A stretch of DNA of 61,115 bases, filler included, from 4 parts of 4 records of this genome joined end to end with filler, not necessarily neighbours in it, one strand, 5' to 3'. Numbered from the whole stretch's first letter, positions 1 through 10,406 are shown. The notes: a model not told the origin generated them from the sequence alone. Translations and numbers: made by a program.

Positions 1-126
1 CTGACGCTTACGCTTGGTGGTCATCTTGGTCAGGATATGACTCTTGTTCGCGCTCTTGCGCTTGTAACCGCCGGCGGTCTTCTTGAACCGCTTGGCAGCA
101 CCGCTGTGAATTTTTGCTTTAGGCAT
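1..126 (-). CDS. rpmI: 50S ribosomal protein L35 (3' end runs off window)
   Basis: Not in ORF track; read manually from ATG at 126: [42 protein letters not shown], typical L35; follows infC. Confidence 0.95.
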   Translation of the reverse strand, partial: MPKAKIHSGAAKRFKKTAGGYKRKSANKSHILTKMTTKRKRQ

Positions 127-186
127 AATCAACTACTCCGCATTTGCAGTGTTAAGTAATGAAGAAACAAGGGCATTCACGGGCCG

Positions 187-723
187 CTAGCTCTTCTTCT
201 TGGGGGCGATAACCATAGTCAGTTGCCGGCCTTCCATTTTCGGGAATTGCTCGACACCACCTAACTCGGCCAGATCAGCTTCTACCCGTTTAAGTAGCTC
301 CATGCCGATTTCCTGGTGAGCCATTTCACGACCGCGAAACCGCAGCGTGACCTTGGCCTTATCGCCGTTTTCAAGGAAACGCACCAGGTTGCGTAGTTTT
401 ACCTGGTAGTCACCTTCCTCCGTCCCTGGACGAAACTTCATTTCTTTAATCTGTGTCCGCTTCTGCTTCTTCTTCTGAGCAGCTTTTTGCTTCTTCGACT
501 CGAACACATGTTTCCCGTAGTCCATGATCTTGCAGACTGCCGGGTCAGAATCCGCTATCAACACAAGGTCCATACTCGCCGCTTCCGCAGCGGCACGGGC
601 CTCGCTCAGTGACACAATACCAACCTGTTCTCCGTCCGCTCCAATCAGGCGGACCGGGTCAAACGTGATTTGTTCATTGGTTAACGCTTTCTTCGAAGCG
701 CCTTTACCACTGTCTTTCTTAAT
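187..723 (-). CDS. infC: Translation initiation factor IF-3, ATT start
   Basis: IF3 motifs ([38 protein letters not shown]); in-frame ATT at 723-721 preceded by GGAG and overlapping the thrS TAA, as in E. coli infC. Confidence 0.95.
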   Translation of the reverse strand: MKKDSGKGASKKALTNEQITFDPVRLIGADGEQVGIVSLSEARAAAEAASMDLVLIADSDPAVCKIMDYGKHVFESKKQKAAQKKKQKRTQIKEMKFRPGTEEGDYQVKLRNLVRFLENGDKAKVTLRFRGREMAHQEIGMELLKRVEADLAELGGVEQFPKMEGRQLTMVIAPKKKS

Positions 724-2650
724 GCTGATTCTCCAATGCAATACGACCGCGACGCGCTACATCATCAGTGAGGAGTTGGCTGAATGCCGCGAGATCCATG
801 GATCCCAGGTCCTCACCACGACGGGCACGCACGGCCACAGTCTGTGATTCCACTTCGTTATCCCCCACCACTAACAGGTAGGGAACCTTCTGAATCGTGT
901 GCTCGCGGATTTTAAAGCCGATTTTCTCGTTTCTCAAGTCCGACACCACACGAAAGCCCTTGTTTTTTAAGGAATCTTCCACATTTCGGGCGTATTCGGC
1001 GTGTTTGTCGGTGATATTGAGCACCACCGCCTGCTGCGGCGCGAGCCAGGTAGGAAACATACCTTCGTAATGTTCGATCAAAATCCCGATAAATCGCTCG
1101 AACGATCCGAGGATCGCCCGGTGTAGCATGACCGGTACCTGGCGCGAGCCGTCCTCCGCCACGTACTGGGCATCCAGGCGGCCCGGTGTCGAGAAATCCA
1201 CCTGCATGGTACCGAGCTGCCAGACGCGGCCGATACAGTCCTTGAGCGAGAATTCAATCTTGGGGCCGTAGAAAGCACCCTCTCCCGGGAGCTCTTCCCA
1301 AGGCAGGCCCTGGGCATCCAGTGCATCCGCCAGCGCTTTCTCGGAGCGGTCCCAGACCGCGTCTGAGCCAACCCGCTTCTCGGGTCGGGTCGACAGGCGA
1401 TAAATCACATCACTAAACCCGAAGTCCGCGTAAACCGCGTGCAGAAAATCGATAAAGCTCGCCACCTCCGACTGAATCTGCTCCTCGGTACAGAAAATAT
1501 GCGCATCGTCCTGCACAAAGCCGCGCACCCGCATGATGCCGTGCAGTGAGCCAGAGGGCTCGTTGCGATGACAGCTGCCGAACTCCGCCAGCCGCAGCGG
1601 CAGATCACGGTAGGATTTGAGGCCCTGGTTGAACACCTGCACGTGACAGGGGCAGTTCATTGGCTTGACCGCAAACTCACGATCGTCTGAGCTCAGCATG
1701 AACATATCATCGCCGAACTTGTCCGCATGACCGGATTTTTCCCACAGGGACAGGTCCACCAGTTGCGGCGTCCTGATCTCATCGTAACCCTGCGCGCGCT
1801 GCGCCTGGCGCATGTACTGCTCAATCACCTGGTAGATGGTCCAGCCGTCCGGGTGCCAGAACACCATGCCCGGCGCTTCTTCCTGGATGTGGAACAGGTC
1901 GAGCTTCTTGCCGATCTTGCGGTGATCCCGCTTTTCAGCTTCTTCGATACGGTGCAGGTATTGTTTGAGCTGTTTCTTGTTTGCCCAGGCCGTACCGTAG
2001 ACCCGCTGCAGCATCTCGTTGCTGGAATCCCCTCGCCAGTAGGCGCCGGCCACCTTGGTCAACTTGAACGCCTGCAGTTTGCCGGTGCTGGGTACGTGCG
2101 GGCCACGACACAGGTCCATCCACTCACCCTGGCGATACACTGAGAGTTCCTCGCCTTCAGGCAGGTCCTCGATGATCTTGACCTTATAGTGCTCACCCAT
2201 ATTGCGGAACAGTTCCACCGCGCGCTCGCGGCTCATCACGATGCGCTCTACCGACAGGTCATCGCGAACCAGTTCCTCCATGCGTTTCTCGATTTTCTCG
2301 AGATCTTCCGGAGTGAAGTTATGGCCGGTGGCGAAGTCGTAGTAAAAACCGTCGTCAATGACCGGGCCGATGGTGACCTGCACCCCGGGATACAGTTCCT
2401 GCACCGCCATCGCCAGCAGGTGCGCGGTAGAGTGGCGGATAACTTCAAGCCCGGCCTCATCGCGCTCGGTGATGATACTGAGGCTCGCGTCGCTCTCAAT
2501 GACATGGGAGGTATCGACCTCGCGCCCGTCGACCACACCCGCGAGGGCAGCCTTGGCGAGGCCTGGACCGATGTCGGCGGCAACGTCGTGTACCGAAACA
2601 GGATTATCGAAAGCACGTTGGCTTCCGTCGGGCAGGGTAATAACAGGCAT
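719..2650 (-). CDS. thrS: Threonine--tRNA ligase
   Basis: [13 protein letters not shown] start, [43 protein letters not shown]; thrS-infC-rpmI synteny. Confidence 0.99.
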   Translation of the reverse strand: MPVITLPDGSQRAFDNPVSVHDVAADIGPGLAKAALAGVVDGREVDTSHVIESDASLSIITERDEAGLEVIRHSTAHLLAMAVQELYPGVQVTIGPVIDDGFYYDFATGHNFTPEDLEKIEKRMEELVRDDLSVERIVMSRERAVELFRNMGEHYKVKIIEDLPEGEELSVYRQGEWMDLCRGPHVPSTGKLQAFKLTKVAGAYWRGDSSNEMLQRVYGTAWANKKQLKQYLHRIEEAEKRDHRKIGKKLDLFHIQEEAPGMVFWHPDGWTIYQVIEQYMRQAQRAQGYDEIRTPQLVDLSLWEKSGHADKFGDDMFMLSSDDREFAVKPMNCPCHVQVFNQGLKSYRDLPLRLAEFGSCHRNEPSGSLHGIMRVRGFVQDDAHIFCTEEQIQSEVASFIDFLHAVYADFGFSDVIYRLSTRPEKRVGSDAVWDRSEKALADALDAQGLPWEELPGEGAFYGPKIEFSLKDCIGRVWQLGTMQVDFSTPGRLDAQYVAEDGSRQVPVMLHRAILGSFERFIGILIEHYEGMFPTWLAPQQAVVLNITDKHAEYARNVEDSLKNKGFRVVSDLRNEKIGFKIREHTIQKVPYLLVVGDNEVESQTVAVRARRGEDLGSMDLAAFSQLLTDDVARRGRIALENQH

Positions 2651-2670
2651 GATGCGTCCCCTTATCAGTG

Positions 2671-2691
2671 GTGACCCCTACCAAAGGCCAC
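2671..2691 (-). promoter_or_regulatory. thrS translational operator mimicking the tRNA-Thr anticodon stem-loop
   Basis: Minus strand GTGGCCT-TTGGTAG-GGGTCAC: 7-bp stem, 7-nt loop with central GGU, just upstream of the SD; resembles E. coli thrS leader domain 2 (..GGGTCACCACTG). Confidence 0.85.
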
Positions 2692-2891
2692 GTGTGGGTT
2701 TTAAATGGCTGATTTCATTGGATTTTCTGAAACCAGGGCAGCAATTACAGTAATCCGCTGTGTTGGGTACGGCACACAGGACCGACCATCAGCGCGACCG
2801 GGTCGGGATTCTGCCGTATTCGTCACTATAAGAAAAGGGTCCGGGTTAGCTGACTTTGCTAACCCGCGCCGGTGGCTGGCGGGCAGAAGCG

Positions 2892-3275
2892 CTACAGCAG
2901 GCTCGCCACCGCACCGTAGAGTGTGCCGATCAAGCCGATCAGCAGGGCAAAGAAACCAATGGCGAAGCCAACACCCCTGGAGGCCGGATCCCTGGAGTAG
3001 GAGATCGAGTAGACCGCCCTGCCAATAAAAAATGCGACCCCCAGCCCTGCAGCGTAGAGCGGGCCAATATAGTGAGAGAACAACCACATGATCGGCAGGA
3101 ACGCTACCAGCTGCTCCATTGTGTTCTGATGGATCCTGAATTTCCGCTCGTACAGCGCATCGCCCGTTGTCGCGGGTGCTTGCAGCCCGGCTTTACCGCG
3201 CGCTGCGCCGGCTGCCATACCAAAATAGGAGTACTGCAGTAACAGCAGTACAGTGACAATTGCTAGATAGGCCAT
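2892..3275 (-). CDS. MAPEG family membrane protein
   Basis: 127 aa, hydrophobic; APATTG...ERKFRIHQNTME and GRAVY motifs. Confidence 0.85.
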   Translation of the reverse strand: MAYLAIVTVLLLLQYSYFGMAAGAARGKAGLQAPATTGDALYERKFRIHQNTMEQLVAFLPIMWLFSHYIGPLYAAGLGVAFFIGRAVYSISYSRDPASRGVGFAIGFFALLIGLIGTLYGAVASLL

Positions 3276-3430
3276 GACTCACGCTCCCGGCGCGTTCTAT
3301 TGTTGGATGCGGAAGGAGTAGAACACTTTTTACCGCCACTTGCCCAGTGCAAGCTTCATTTGCAGACCCAGGCAGCGGCCACCATACATAGTGGCGATGA
3401 GGCGCTGAACCATAACCCCGCACAACACAC

Positions 3431-4726
3431 CTAGACCCGCCGGGAGAGTTGGCTGCTCAGCAGGTAAAACGCCACCCCCGAAATGACGATACCTGCGGCA
3501 ATACCCGCTTCCAGCGGCCGCTCCAGCACCACATACAGCAGGGTCCAGGCGGTAATGGCCAGAAACACCAGTGGCGGCAAGGGATAGAGTGATACCCGGA
3601 ACGGGCGCTCACGATCCGGTTCCCGCCAGCGCAGGACAAACAGGCCGAACACCGTCACAAACGTATTCAGCGCCATGGTTGCGCCGGCAAAAATCAGGAT
3701 GCTTTCGAAAGACGAGGTCCACAGGAACAGCAACGCGGTGAGTGATTGCACCAGGATAGCAATCACCGGAATGCCATCGCGATTGACCTGTGCCATGGCC
3801 CGGAAAACCGGGTAATCCTGGCCGATCCTGTGCAGCACCCGTGGCCCGGCCAGAATCATGGCACTCACCGTCGAGATCAACAGCAGGGCCAAAAGCACGC
3901 CCATGAACTTGCCTGCCAGGTCACCGAAGGCGTAGCTGGCGGCGACAAAGCCGACCTCAACCTTACCGACCATCGCCTCCATGGGCGCCACCGCGAGAAA
4001 CACATAATTCAACAGCAGGTAGGCCAGGCAGACCGCAAGGGTGCTGAATCCCAATACCCTGGGCAGGTTCTTTTGCGGCGAGACCAGTTCACCACTGATA
4101 TAGGTGGCCGCATTCCACCCGGAGTAGGCGTAGTTCACATAGATCAGTGACACCGCAAACGCACCGCTGGTCACCAGCGCGCTATCACCCGGGGAGAATC
4201 CGAAATTCGCGCCATCTGCGCCGTCGGATGCAAACAGCGCCAGGCCGGAGAAACCCAGGATCAGCAAGATCTTCAAACCGGTCAGCACTGCCTGCGTACC
4301 ACCGCTTCCCGCGTGGTTGGTGCAGTGCGCAGCAGTCAGCAAAAGAATCAGCAAGGTGGCCAGCCAGACCGGTGACAACAGCGGGAACACCGATGCGAAG
4401 TAGTTGCCAAAGGTTAGTGCCGCCAGCGCGGTAGGCGCTGCAAAGCCGACAGTCGCCGACACCCAGCCGGAAACAAAGCCGGCGGCCGGATGATAAATCT
4501 CCGACAGGAAATTGTACTCACCCCCTGAACGCGGCAGCGCTGCACCCAGCTCCGCGTAGCACAGCGCGCCGCACAGTGCTGACAACCCGCCCACCAACCA
4601 CAGCAAGAGGAGTACCGGTGCGGACTGGATTTCGATCAGCTGAAAGCCAAGGCTGGTGAATACCCCGGTGCCGATCATGTTGGCAATCACGACTGCCGCC
4701 GCAACAGAGGGCTTGAAACGGGACAC
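3431..4726 (-). CDS. APC-family amino acid permease
   Basis: NMIGTGVF, YAELGAALPRSGGEY, YAYSGWN; about 12 hydrophobic segments. Confidence 0.92.
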   Translation of the reverse strand: MSRFKPSVAAAVVIANMIGTGVFTSLGFQLIEIQSAPVLLLLWLVGGLSALCGALCYAELGAALPRSGGEYNFLSEIYHPAAGFVSGWVSATVGFAAPTALAALTFGNYFASVFPLLSPVWLATLLILLLTAAHCTNHAGSGGTQAVLTGLKILLILGFSGLALFASDGADGANFGFSPGDSALVTSGAFAVSLIYVNYAYSGWNAATYISGELVSPQKNLPRVLGFSTLAVCLAYLLLNYVFLAVAPMEAMVGKVEVGFVAASYAFGDLAGKFMGVLLALLLISTVSAMILAGPRVLHRIGQDYPVFRAMAQVNRDGIPVIAILVQSLTALLFLWTSSFESILIFAGATMALNTFVTVFGLFVLRWREPDRERPFRVSLYPLPPLVFLAITAWTLLYVVLERPLEAGIAAGIVISGVAFYLLSSQLSRRV

Positions 4727-4763
4727 AGCGGCGCTCAGGCCCGCAGCCCGGGAACGATTCCGA

Positions 4764-6266
4764 TCACATTTGTTCTTCTATCGGGAGCAGACCGAAAAAC
4801 CAGGACTCGGTGCGCATGAAAAACGACGCCGGCGGTGCATCACGCACAACACCCTCGTCACCTTTCCAGACAACCTGGTCCGCGTCATCCAGCATCACCT
4901 GCCAGGCATTGCGCGGCAGCAAATCGACCGCGAAGAACTCGCGCAACTGTCGGTTCAATTCAGGGCTGTCGATCAGTGCGCCAACCTCGGTGTTGATGCG
5001 CAGCGAGCGCGGATCCAGGTTCGACGATCCCACGAACAGGCAGCAGCCATCAAAAATGCCGATCTTGGCATGCAGCCCGAGGGCACTCTCCTCAACGGCA
5101 CCAAAAATATACTTGGCCCGATCCGAGGCATCGGCGCGCAGTTCATAGAGTTCAACACCCGCCCGCAACAGTTCCGGTCGATGATTAGCGTAAGCCGCGT
5201 GCGCGGTAACGTGATTATTGGAGCCCAGTGAATTGGTAAGTATGCGCACCCGCACACCGCGCTCGGTGGCACGACGCAGCGCATCCGTCAGCGCCGTTGT
5301 CGGGATAAAATAGGCTGACACCAGCAACAGATCGGTGTTCGCTTCATCGATGCGGTGAATGAAGGACTCGGCCAGTTGCACCGGCAGGTCTTCATTCGAA
5401 GCGACGTCCGGCGGCGAATCGACGATAAGCCGGAGATGACCGCCGACGCCGGCGGCGAACAATTTGGCCCATTCATCCTGGCTCGCTGTTACCGGCGGGG
5501 CCACCAACATCTCGGTTTCATTGAGCGCAGTACGCATAGCGGCCAGGTCAAAGCCTTCCCGGCCCTCAGTCAGGTGTTCAATTGGTAGCGTCCAGGGATC
5601 GTTCCAGTACAGGTCAAATACGCTGGACAGGTCGGCCAGGAACGGGCCCTGCAGAATAACTTCCATGTCGCGGAAACTTTGTTGCGCCCGCAAACCAAAG
5701 TACTCATCCGCCTGGTTACGCCCGCCTACGATAGCGACGCGCCCATCCACCAGCAGCAGCTTGTTGTGCATGCGGTGGTTGATGCGGGAAAAGTCGGCGA
5801 TATTCTCAAGCTCGCGCATCGCCGCGTTGCCGCTGCGAACCGCCAGGGGATTGTAGATGCGATAACGGATATTGGGGTGCTCGGCCAGCGCATGCAGGGC
5901 CGGATCGGCATGTGCCAGAAAACTGTCATCCAGAATGACCCGCACCTGCACTCCGCGATCCGCGGCTGCCAGAGCCTCGCGCACCAGGGCAAGGCCCACC
6001 GCATCGTCTTCCCAGATAAAGGTTTGCAGGTCGATAGAGCTCGTCGCTGCCCGCAGCAGGCGCAGGCGCCAATGCAACGCGGTGCGGCCATCGTTAAGCG
6101 CGACCATGGTATCGCTGTCGGCAAGGTCGGCCAGGGCGGGCCAGGCTGTGAGAGGTGCCGCCGCCAGCGCTGCCTCACGAGGCCTGTCACGCTCGGGTTC
6201 GACGGTGGCACAGGCGCCGAGAACCAGCAACACCAACCCCACAAGTAAACGAACAGGCATACCCAT
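4764..6266 (-). CDS. Phospholipase D / cardiolipin synthase ClsC-like lipoprotein
   Basis: Two HKD motifs (HNKLLLVD, HAKIGIFD), GGRN and GSSNLDPRS; N-terminal lipobox LGA-C. Confidence 0.88.
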   Translation of the reverse strand: MGMPVRLLVGLVLLVLGACATVEPERDRPREAALAAAPLTAWPALADLADSDTMVALNDGRTALHWRLRLLRAATSSIDLQTFIWEDDAVGLALVREALAAADRGVQVRVILDDSFLAHADPALHALAEHPNIRYRIYNPLAVRSGNAAMRELENIADFSRINHRMHNKLLLVDGRVAIVGGRNQADEYFGLRAQQSFRDMEVILQGPFLADLSSVFDLYWNDPWTLPIEHLTEGREGFDLAAMRTALNETEMLVAPPVTASQDEWAKLFAAGVGGHLRLIVDSPPDVASNEDLPVQLAESFIHRIDEANTDLLLVSAYFIPTTALTDALRRATERGVRVRILTNSLGSNNHVTAHAAYANHRPELLRAGVELYELRADASDRAKYIFGAVEESALGLHAKIGIFDGCCLFVGSSNLDPRSLRINTEVGALIDSPELNRQLREFFAVDLLPRNAWQVMLDDADQVVWKGDEGVVRDAPPASFFMRTESWFFGLLPIEEQM

Positions 6267-6350
6267 CGAGAATCCTCCAGCTCTCCGCCGGAGTATAACC
6301 CGCAGCGCTCGCTACCGGCAGGGGTGGCCGGAGGAAGCGCCGCAGCGACC

Positions 6351-6767
6351 TCAGCCGATCAAGCCCGCGAGCGGCCTCGAGCCCAGGGGAATACTGTAGC
6401 TTTCCCGATCCATGAAGGCGGCCACCGGTTGCACAGCGCCAACCAGATGCGTATTCAAGTAATCCAGTTCAGCCACCGGCACCCGGTATTCCAGGTGTTC
6501 CTCATAGGCAACGCTTTCCAGATCGTACTGGCGAATGATGTCCTCCGGCAGCACGATGCGGACCACGTAGCCTGCGCCGTGCAGGGGTACCTCCCATTGG
6601 CGCGCGATCATCTCCGCGTAGCGCTGGCGCAATTTCAGGTAGATAAACTGCTCACCGCTCCAGCCCGGTTCGATACGCCGCCAGTCGGCGCTGATCAGGG
6701 CGGCTAGCTGCTGCGGACTCATGGCCTGGTAGACGATCTGGGTGGGACGAAAAGGCAGGGGTTTCAT
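6351..6767 (-). CDS. Conserved hypothetical protein resembling the small family usually labelled ADP-ribosylation/crystallin J1
   Basis: ATGA overlap with sortase stop; YAEMIARQWEVP..GAGYV, HLEYRVP..EL..LN.HLVG match that family by recollection. Confidence 0.6.
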   Translation of the reverse strand: MKPLPFRPTQIVYQAMSPQQLAALISADWRRIEPGWSGEQFIYLKLRQRYAEMIARQWEVPLHGAGYVVRIVLPEDIIRQYDLESVAYEEHLEYRVPVAELDYLNTHLVGAVQPVAAFMDRESYSIPLGSRPLAGLIG

Positions 6768-7396
6768 AGGCGATAGTTTCCTTGAGTGAGGGGAATAACA
6801 GCTGATGCAGCAGGAACAGGCTCCGCGACGACTACGTAGCGCAGCGGGCCACCCGGGCGCACGGCATCCAGCGGATAGCAGGTCACCAGCAACAGGGCAT
6901 CGCCCGCTGCATCCAGCGGCAGGCCAGCATGCCGGCTATCGATAACCCGTAACTCGCTGATGCGGTACTCGAGAACAGCGCCATCCATCCGCTGGAGACT
7001 CAGCCGGTCGCCCCGCTCGAGCTCGCCAAGGAAGCGGAAGTGCGTGTCACGGTGACCACCAATGACCGTCACGCCGCGCTGGCCCGGTAGGACAGAGGCG
7101 ACCTCATAGCCGGGCCCGAATGCGAGCGCGTTGCCCCCAGCCCCGCGTAAAACCAGCAAGTCGGCAGCGGCCGCGGGAATGCTGAGCCGCATAACTGGCC
7201 AGGTATCCGCCCAGGGCCAGGGTTTGGCAATCGATCCGGTATCGAGGGTCTCCTGCCAGGCATGGCGGATAAGAACCTGCGCCAGACCCGCCTTCAGTTT
7301 TATCAAGGCAGCCCCAGACAGCTGCTGCACGGCCAGGGCCAGCAGTACAAGCACCAGCACCGTCCTGACGCGCTCACTTGCGAGCAGTCGGATCAC
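6764..7396 (-). CDS. Class GN (marine proteobacterial) sortase
   Basis: N-terminal TM, KPWPWADTWP, GHRDTHF (His), LVTCYP (Cys), downstream Arg in PLRY. Confidence 0.93.
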   Translation of the reverse strand: MIRLLASERVRTVLVLVLLALAVQQLSGAALIKLKAGLAQVLIRHAWQETLDTGSIAKPWPWADTWPVMRLSIPAAAADLLVLRGAGGNALAFGPGYEVASVLPGQRGVTVIGGHRDTHFRFLGELERGDRLSLQRMDGAVLEYRISELRVIDSRHAGLPLDAAGDALLLVTCYPLDAVRPGGPLRYVVVAEPVPAASAVIPLTQGNYRL

Positions 7397-9545
7397 GGTC
7401 CACCTCCGGACGTCCCATCACCCGGATCATCAGAGCCAGGAACAGCAGCAGGCTGCCAAGATAGAATTTCGCCGGTCCGGTAGTGGCGGTTGCCGGCCAG
7501 GCGAAGGTCTGGGGCGATTGCCCTGCGGGACGGGTATTTGGCACCGCTTCACTGACCAGGTCAGTTCCGGCGGGACGGGAGATGACTTGCTCGATAGCGA
7601 CAAAGCTGGTGTAGGGGCTCAGCAGGCGGTGGGTCAGGGCAAGCGGCAGTACATCCGCCCGCACCGCCGACTCTTCCCGTCCCATGACTTTCTCATCCAA
7701 CAGCGCGGTAATCTTGTGCCTGGCCCACAGGCTCGCGACGCCGGCGTGCCCACTCCCGGCGCTCCCCGGGACAGACTCAGCTGCCAGCAGGCGCTGCTCC
7801 CAGGCCTGGCCTCCCAGGGTGCCAGTGACCGTGATCGCTCCTGTTGGAGCCACCTCACCGAAGCTAACCGCAACGATCAATGGCTGGCCCTGGTACAAGT
7901 CGGGCAGGCGGGCCGGCCAACTCTCCACCGCCGTCGGCCAGTCGATGTCAAGATCCAGCGCGACCGGAGCGGCGAGATCGGCAAACAGCGCGTCCATGCG
8001 CGCGCCCACTTCTGCCAGGTCAGCGATCCGGGTGTGGGTACCGCGACCGAAATCCGCCGCCCGGCGCATGAACCACCCGTTCGGGGCAGAGCCGATGCCC
8101 ACGGTGAACAGCCGCGCATGGCCGAGGTTCTCCGCGATCTCCGCAAACAGTGCTTTCTCATTACCGACGGCGCCATCAGTAATGAAAATAATCTGGCGCA
8201 GGCGTTGCTCGTGCAACTCCGCCTGCTCGGCAAGTGCAGCGCGCAGTGCGGGCAGCATCTCCGTACCGCCGGAGGCCGACAGCAGGCGCACAAACTCCCG
8301 CGCCCGCGCCAGATTATGCGGGTTGGCCGGCTCCGGCTGGCGATAGAGGCGACGGAAGTCTGTATCAAAAGCGATGATATTGAACCGGTCATCGGGCCGC
8401 AGCTGATCCAGGGCGCGATCGAGGCTCGCCCTGGCCTGTTCGATGGAAACGCCTCCCATAGAACCGGAGGTATCGACCACGAATACGACTTCCCGCGGCA
8501 TGACTACCGGGGACGCAACCGGTGGCACGACCATCAGCAGCCCGTAATGCTCCTCGCCCACACGCTCAGTAAACAGCGCCGCGCGCGGCGAACTTCCCGC
8601 CGTGGGGCGCCACTGAAGCAGGAAATCCCGGTCCATTTCCGCGCGACCGCCAGCCAGCTCAAGTTCGTACTTACGCCCATCGCGCTGCAGGGCGACCTGG
8701 TGATAGATCGACTCCACACTGGCCAGCGGCATGCCCATATCAAGCACGGCTTTAAGTCTCAGGGGATTGATGGGATTGGCGTCTGATCCCACCCGTGGAT
8801 TCTGCCGCGGGGATATCTGGTCGGCATCAGGCACCTGGTCGGTCGGCACGGCCCACCCACTGCCATGAAGGAGGACCGCCTCCTCACCCGTGGTACGCCC
8901 GGCCGGATTGCCCGGTATATAGCGCGGAGTGATGGTTGTGGGCATGCGCAGGGAAAAGACCCCATCCTCGTAGGCCACCGCTTGCACATACTCCAGGCTG
9001 ACTTCCACTGACTCACCCGGGGCAATGTTCGCCACCCGATTGGTAAATAGATTGGGACGCTGCTGCTCAACCAGGCTGGCCTTCTTGCCCGCCTTGCTGG
9101 CAGCCACAAATGCCGCCTGCGCGGCCTCCCGCTCCCGGATTCGTCCGATGACCTGTCGATCACCGATCCGCATGTCCATACCGCGAACCGCCGCCCCATC
9201 AGGAAGGGGAAAAGCGTAAACGCCCTCTACCCAGACGTCGGTCACATTGACGAATCGCTGGGTTAAGGTGACGACCGCCACCATGCCGGAGATCTGCAAG
9301 TCCACTGAGGTCTCCTGCAGGACGGCGGGTTGGAATGCTATTCCGTTACCGGCCAGCAGGAGCTGGCCGCTCTCAAGTTCATCGAGTGGGGGCATGCCGG
9401 CCCGCGCGGGTGACGCCTCCAGCACCAGCAGCACCAACAGCGCACCAATCGCGCCGGGTAACAGCCGGAAGCAGTACCACAGAGCGCCGCGCTGCGCCCG
9501 GGACACACGATGGGGGGAAGTAACACACACTGTTTGCTCTGCCAC
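7374..9545 (-). CDS. Marine proteobacterial sortase target protein (VIT + vWA, C-terminal sorting signal)
   Basis: GTG start after AGGAG; VIT (EGVYAFPLP, EQQRPNLFTN), MIDAS DTSGSM...GGT...TDG; C-terminal WPATAT + TM + basic residues. Confidence 0.92.
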   Translation of the reverse strand: MAEQTVCVTSPHRVSRAQRGALWYCFRLLPGAIGALLVLLVLEASPARAGMPPLDELESGQLLLAGNGIAFQPAVLQETSVDLQISGMVAVVTLTQRFVNVTDVWVEGVYAFPLPDGAAVRGMDMRIGDRQVIGRIREREAAQAAFVAASKAGKKASLVEQQRPNLFTNRVANIAPGESVEVSLEYVQAVAYEDGVFSLRMPTTITPRYIPGNPAGRTTGEEAVLLHGSGWAVPTDQVPDADQISPRQNPRVGSDANPINPLRLKAVLDMGMPLASVESIYHQVALQRDGRKYELELAGGRAEMDRDFLLQWRPTAGSSPRAALFTERVGEEHYGLLMVVPPVASPVVMPREVVFVVDTSGSMGGVSIEQARASLDRALDQLRPDDRFNIIAFDTDFRRLYRQPEPANPHNLARAREFVRLLSASGGTEMLPALRAALAEQAELHEQRLRQIIFITDGAVGNEKALFAEIAENLGHARLFTVGIGSAPNGWFMRRAADFGRGTHTRIADLAEVGARMDALFADLAAPVALDLDIDWPTAVESWPARLPDLYQGQPLIVAVSFGEVAPTGAITVTGTLGGQAWEQRLLAAESVPGSAGSGHAGVASLWARHKITALLDEKVMGREESAVRADVLPLALTHRLLSPYTSFVAIEQVISRPAGTDLVSEAVPNTRPAGQSPQTFAWPATATTGPAKFYLGSLLLFLALMIRVMGRPEVDRDPTARK

Positions 9546-9613
9546 CGGCTGACTCCTGCTCGAGATTAGATGGCAGAATTACAGCGCAAAAGAGCGGCAA
9601 TCCCCGGGCAGGC

Positions 9614-9652
9614 TTGTGGCAAAGCCGTGATCAATTGTGGCGAAATGTGGCG
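9614..9652. promoter_or_regulatory. Phased direct repeats, candidate PdsR binding boxes
   Basis: TGTGGC at 9615, 9636, 9646 and CGTGAT at 9626 (10-11 bp period) between divergent target and pdsR genes. Confidence 0.6.
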
Positions 9653-9713
9653 CCCTCTTGAGTGCAGGCGTCGATTCTGAAACTATCATGCTTCAGTCAG
9701 CGCAGAACGGACC

Positions 9714-10406
9714 ATGTCGCACCACATTGCAATCGTCGAAGACGAGGCCGCCATTGCAGCCAACTACCGCGACGCGCTGCAGCGCCGCGGTTTCCGGGTG
9801 TCGGTGCATAACAACCGGGACAGCGCGAGTGCGGCCTTTGGGCAAAAACTGCCGGACCTCGCCATCATCGACATCGGTCTTGGAGCCGAGATCGAGGGCG
9901 GCTTCGACCTGTGCCGGGAATTGCGCAGCCGATGCCCGGAATTACCAATCGTGTTCCTGACCGCGCGTGACTCGGAGCTGGATATTATTTCCGGCCTGCG
10001 CCTTGGCGCCGATGATTACCTCACCAAGGACATCAGCCAGGAACATATGCTGGCGCGTATTGTGGCCCTGTTCCGCCGGGTGAAAGCACTGAGCAACCCC
10101 GTTCAGGCCGAGCATGTGATCGAACGCGGCGCACTGAGCCTCAACCTCGAGCGTATGACCGCCCTGTGGCGGGAACAGCAGGTCACCCTCACTGTGACCG
10201 AGTTCTGGATCGTGCACACCCTCGCACTGCACCCCGGGCATGTGAGGAATCGCCAGCAGCTGATGGAAGCCGCCAGCGTGGTGCTGGACGACAACACGGT
10301 GACCTCGCATATCAAACGCATCCGCCGCAAATTCCAGCGCCTTGACGGGGATTTTGACGCCATCGAGACAGCCTACGGCATGGGTTACCGCTGGCGGGGA
10401 GACTGA
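9714..10406 (+). CDS. pdsR: Proteobacterial dedicated sortase system response regulator (OmpR family)
   Basis: IAIVEDE, IIDIGL..EIEGGF, FLTARDSE, GADDYLTKD, winged helix TVTSHIKRIRRKF...YGMGYRW; next to sortase. Confidence 0.9.
   Translation: MSHHIAIVEDEAAIAANYRDALQRRGFRVSVHNNRDSASAAFGQKLPDLAIIDIGLGAEIEGGFDLCRELRSRCPELPIVFLTARDSELDIISGLRLGADDYLTKDISQEHMLARIVALFRRVKALSNPVQAEHVIERGALSLNLERMTALWREQQVTLTVTEFWIVHTLALHPGHVRNRQQLMEAASVVLDDNTVTSHIKRIRRKFQRLDGDFDAIETAYGMGYRWRGD

Noticed and set aside
7131-8786. Long antisense ORFs (also 23529-24818, 29457-30563, 14175-15104)
   Set aside because: Expected stop-poor shadow frames in high-GC genes; no recognisable motifs
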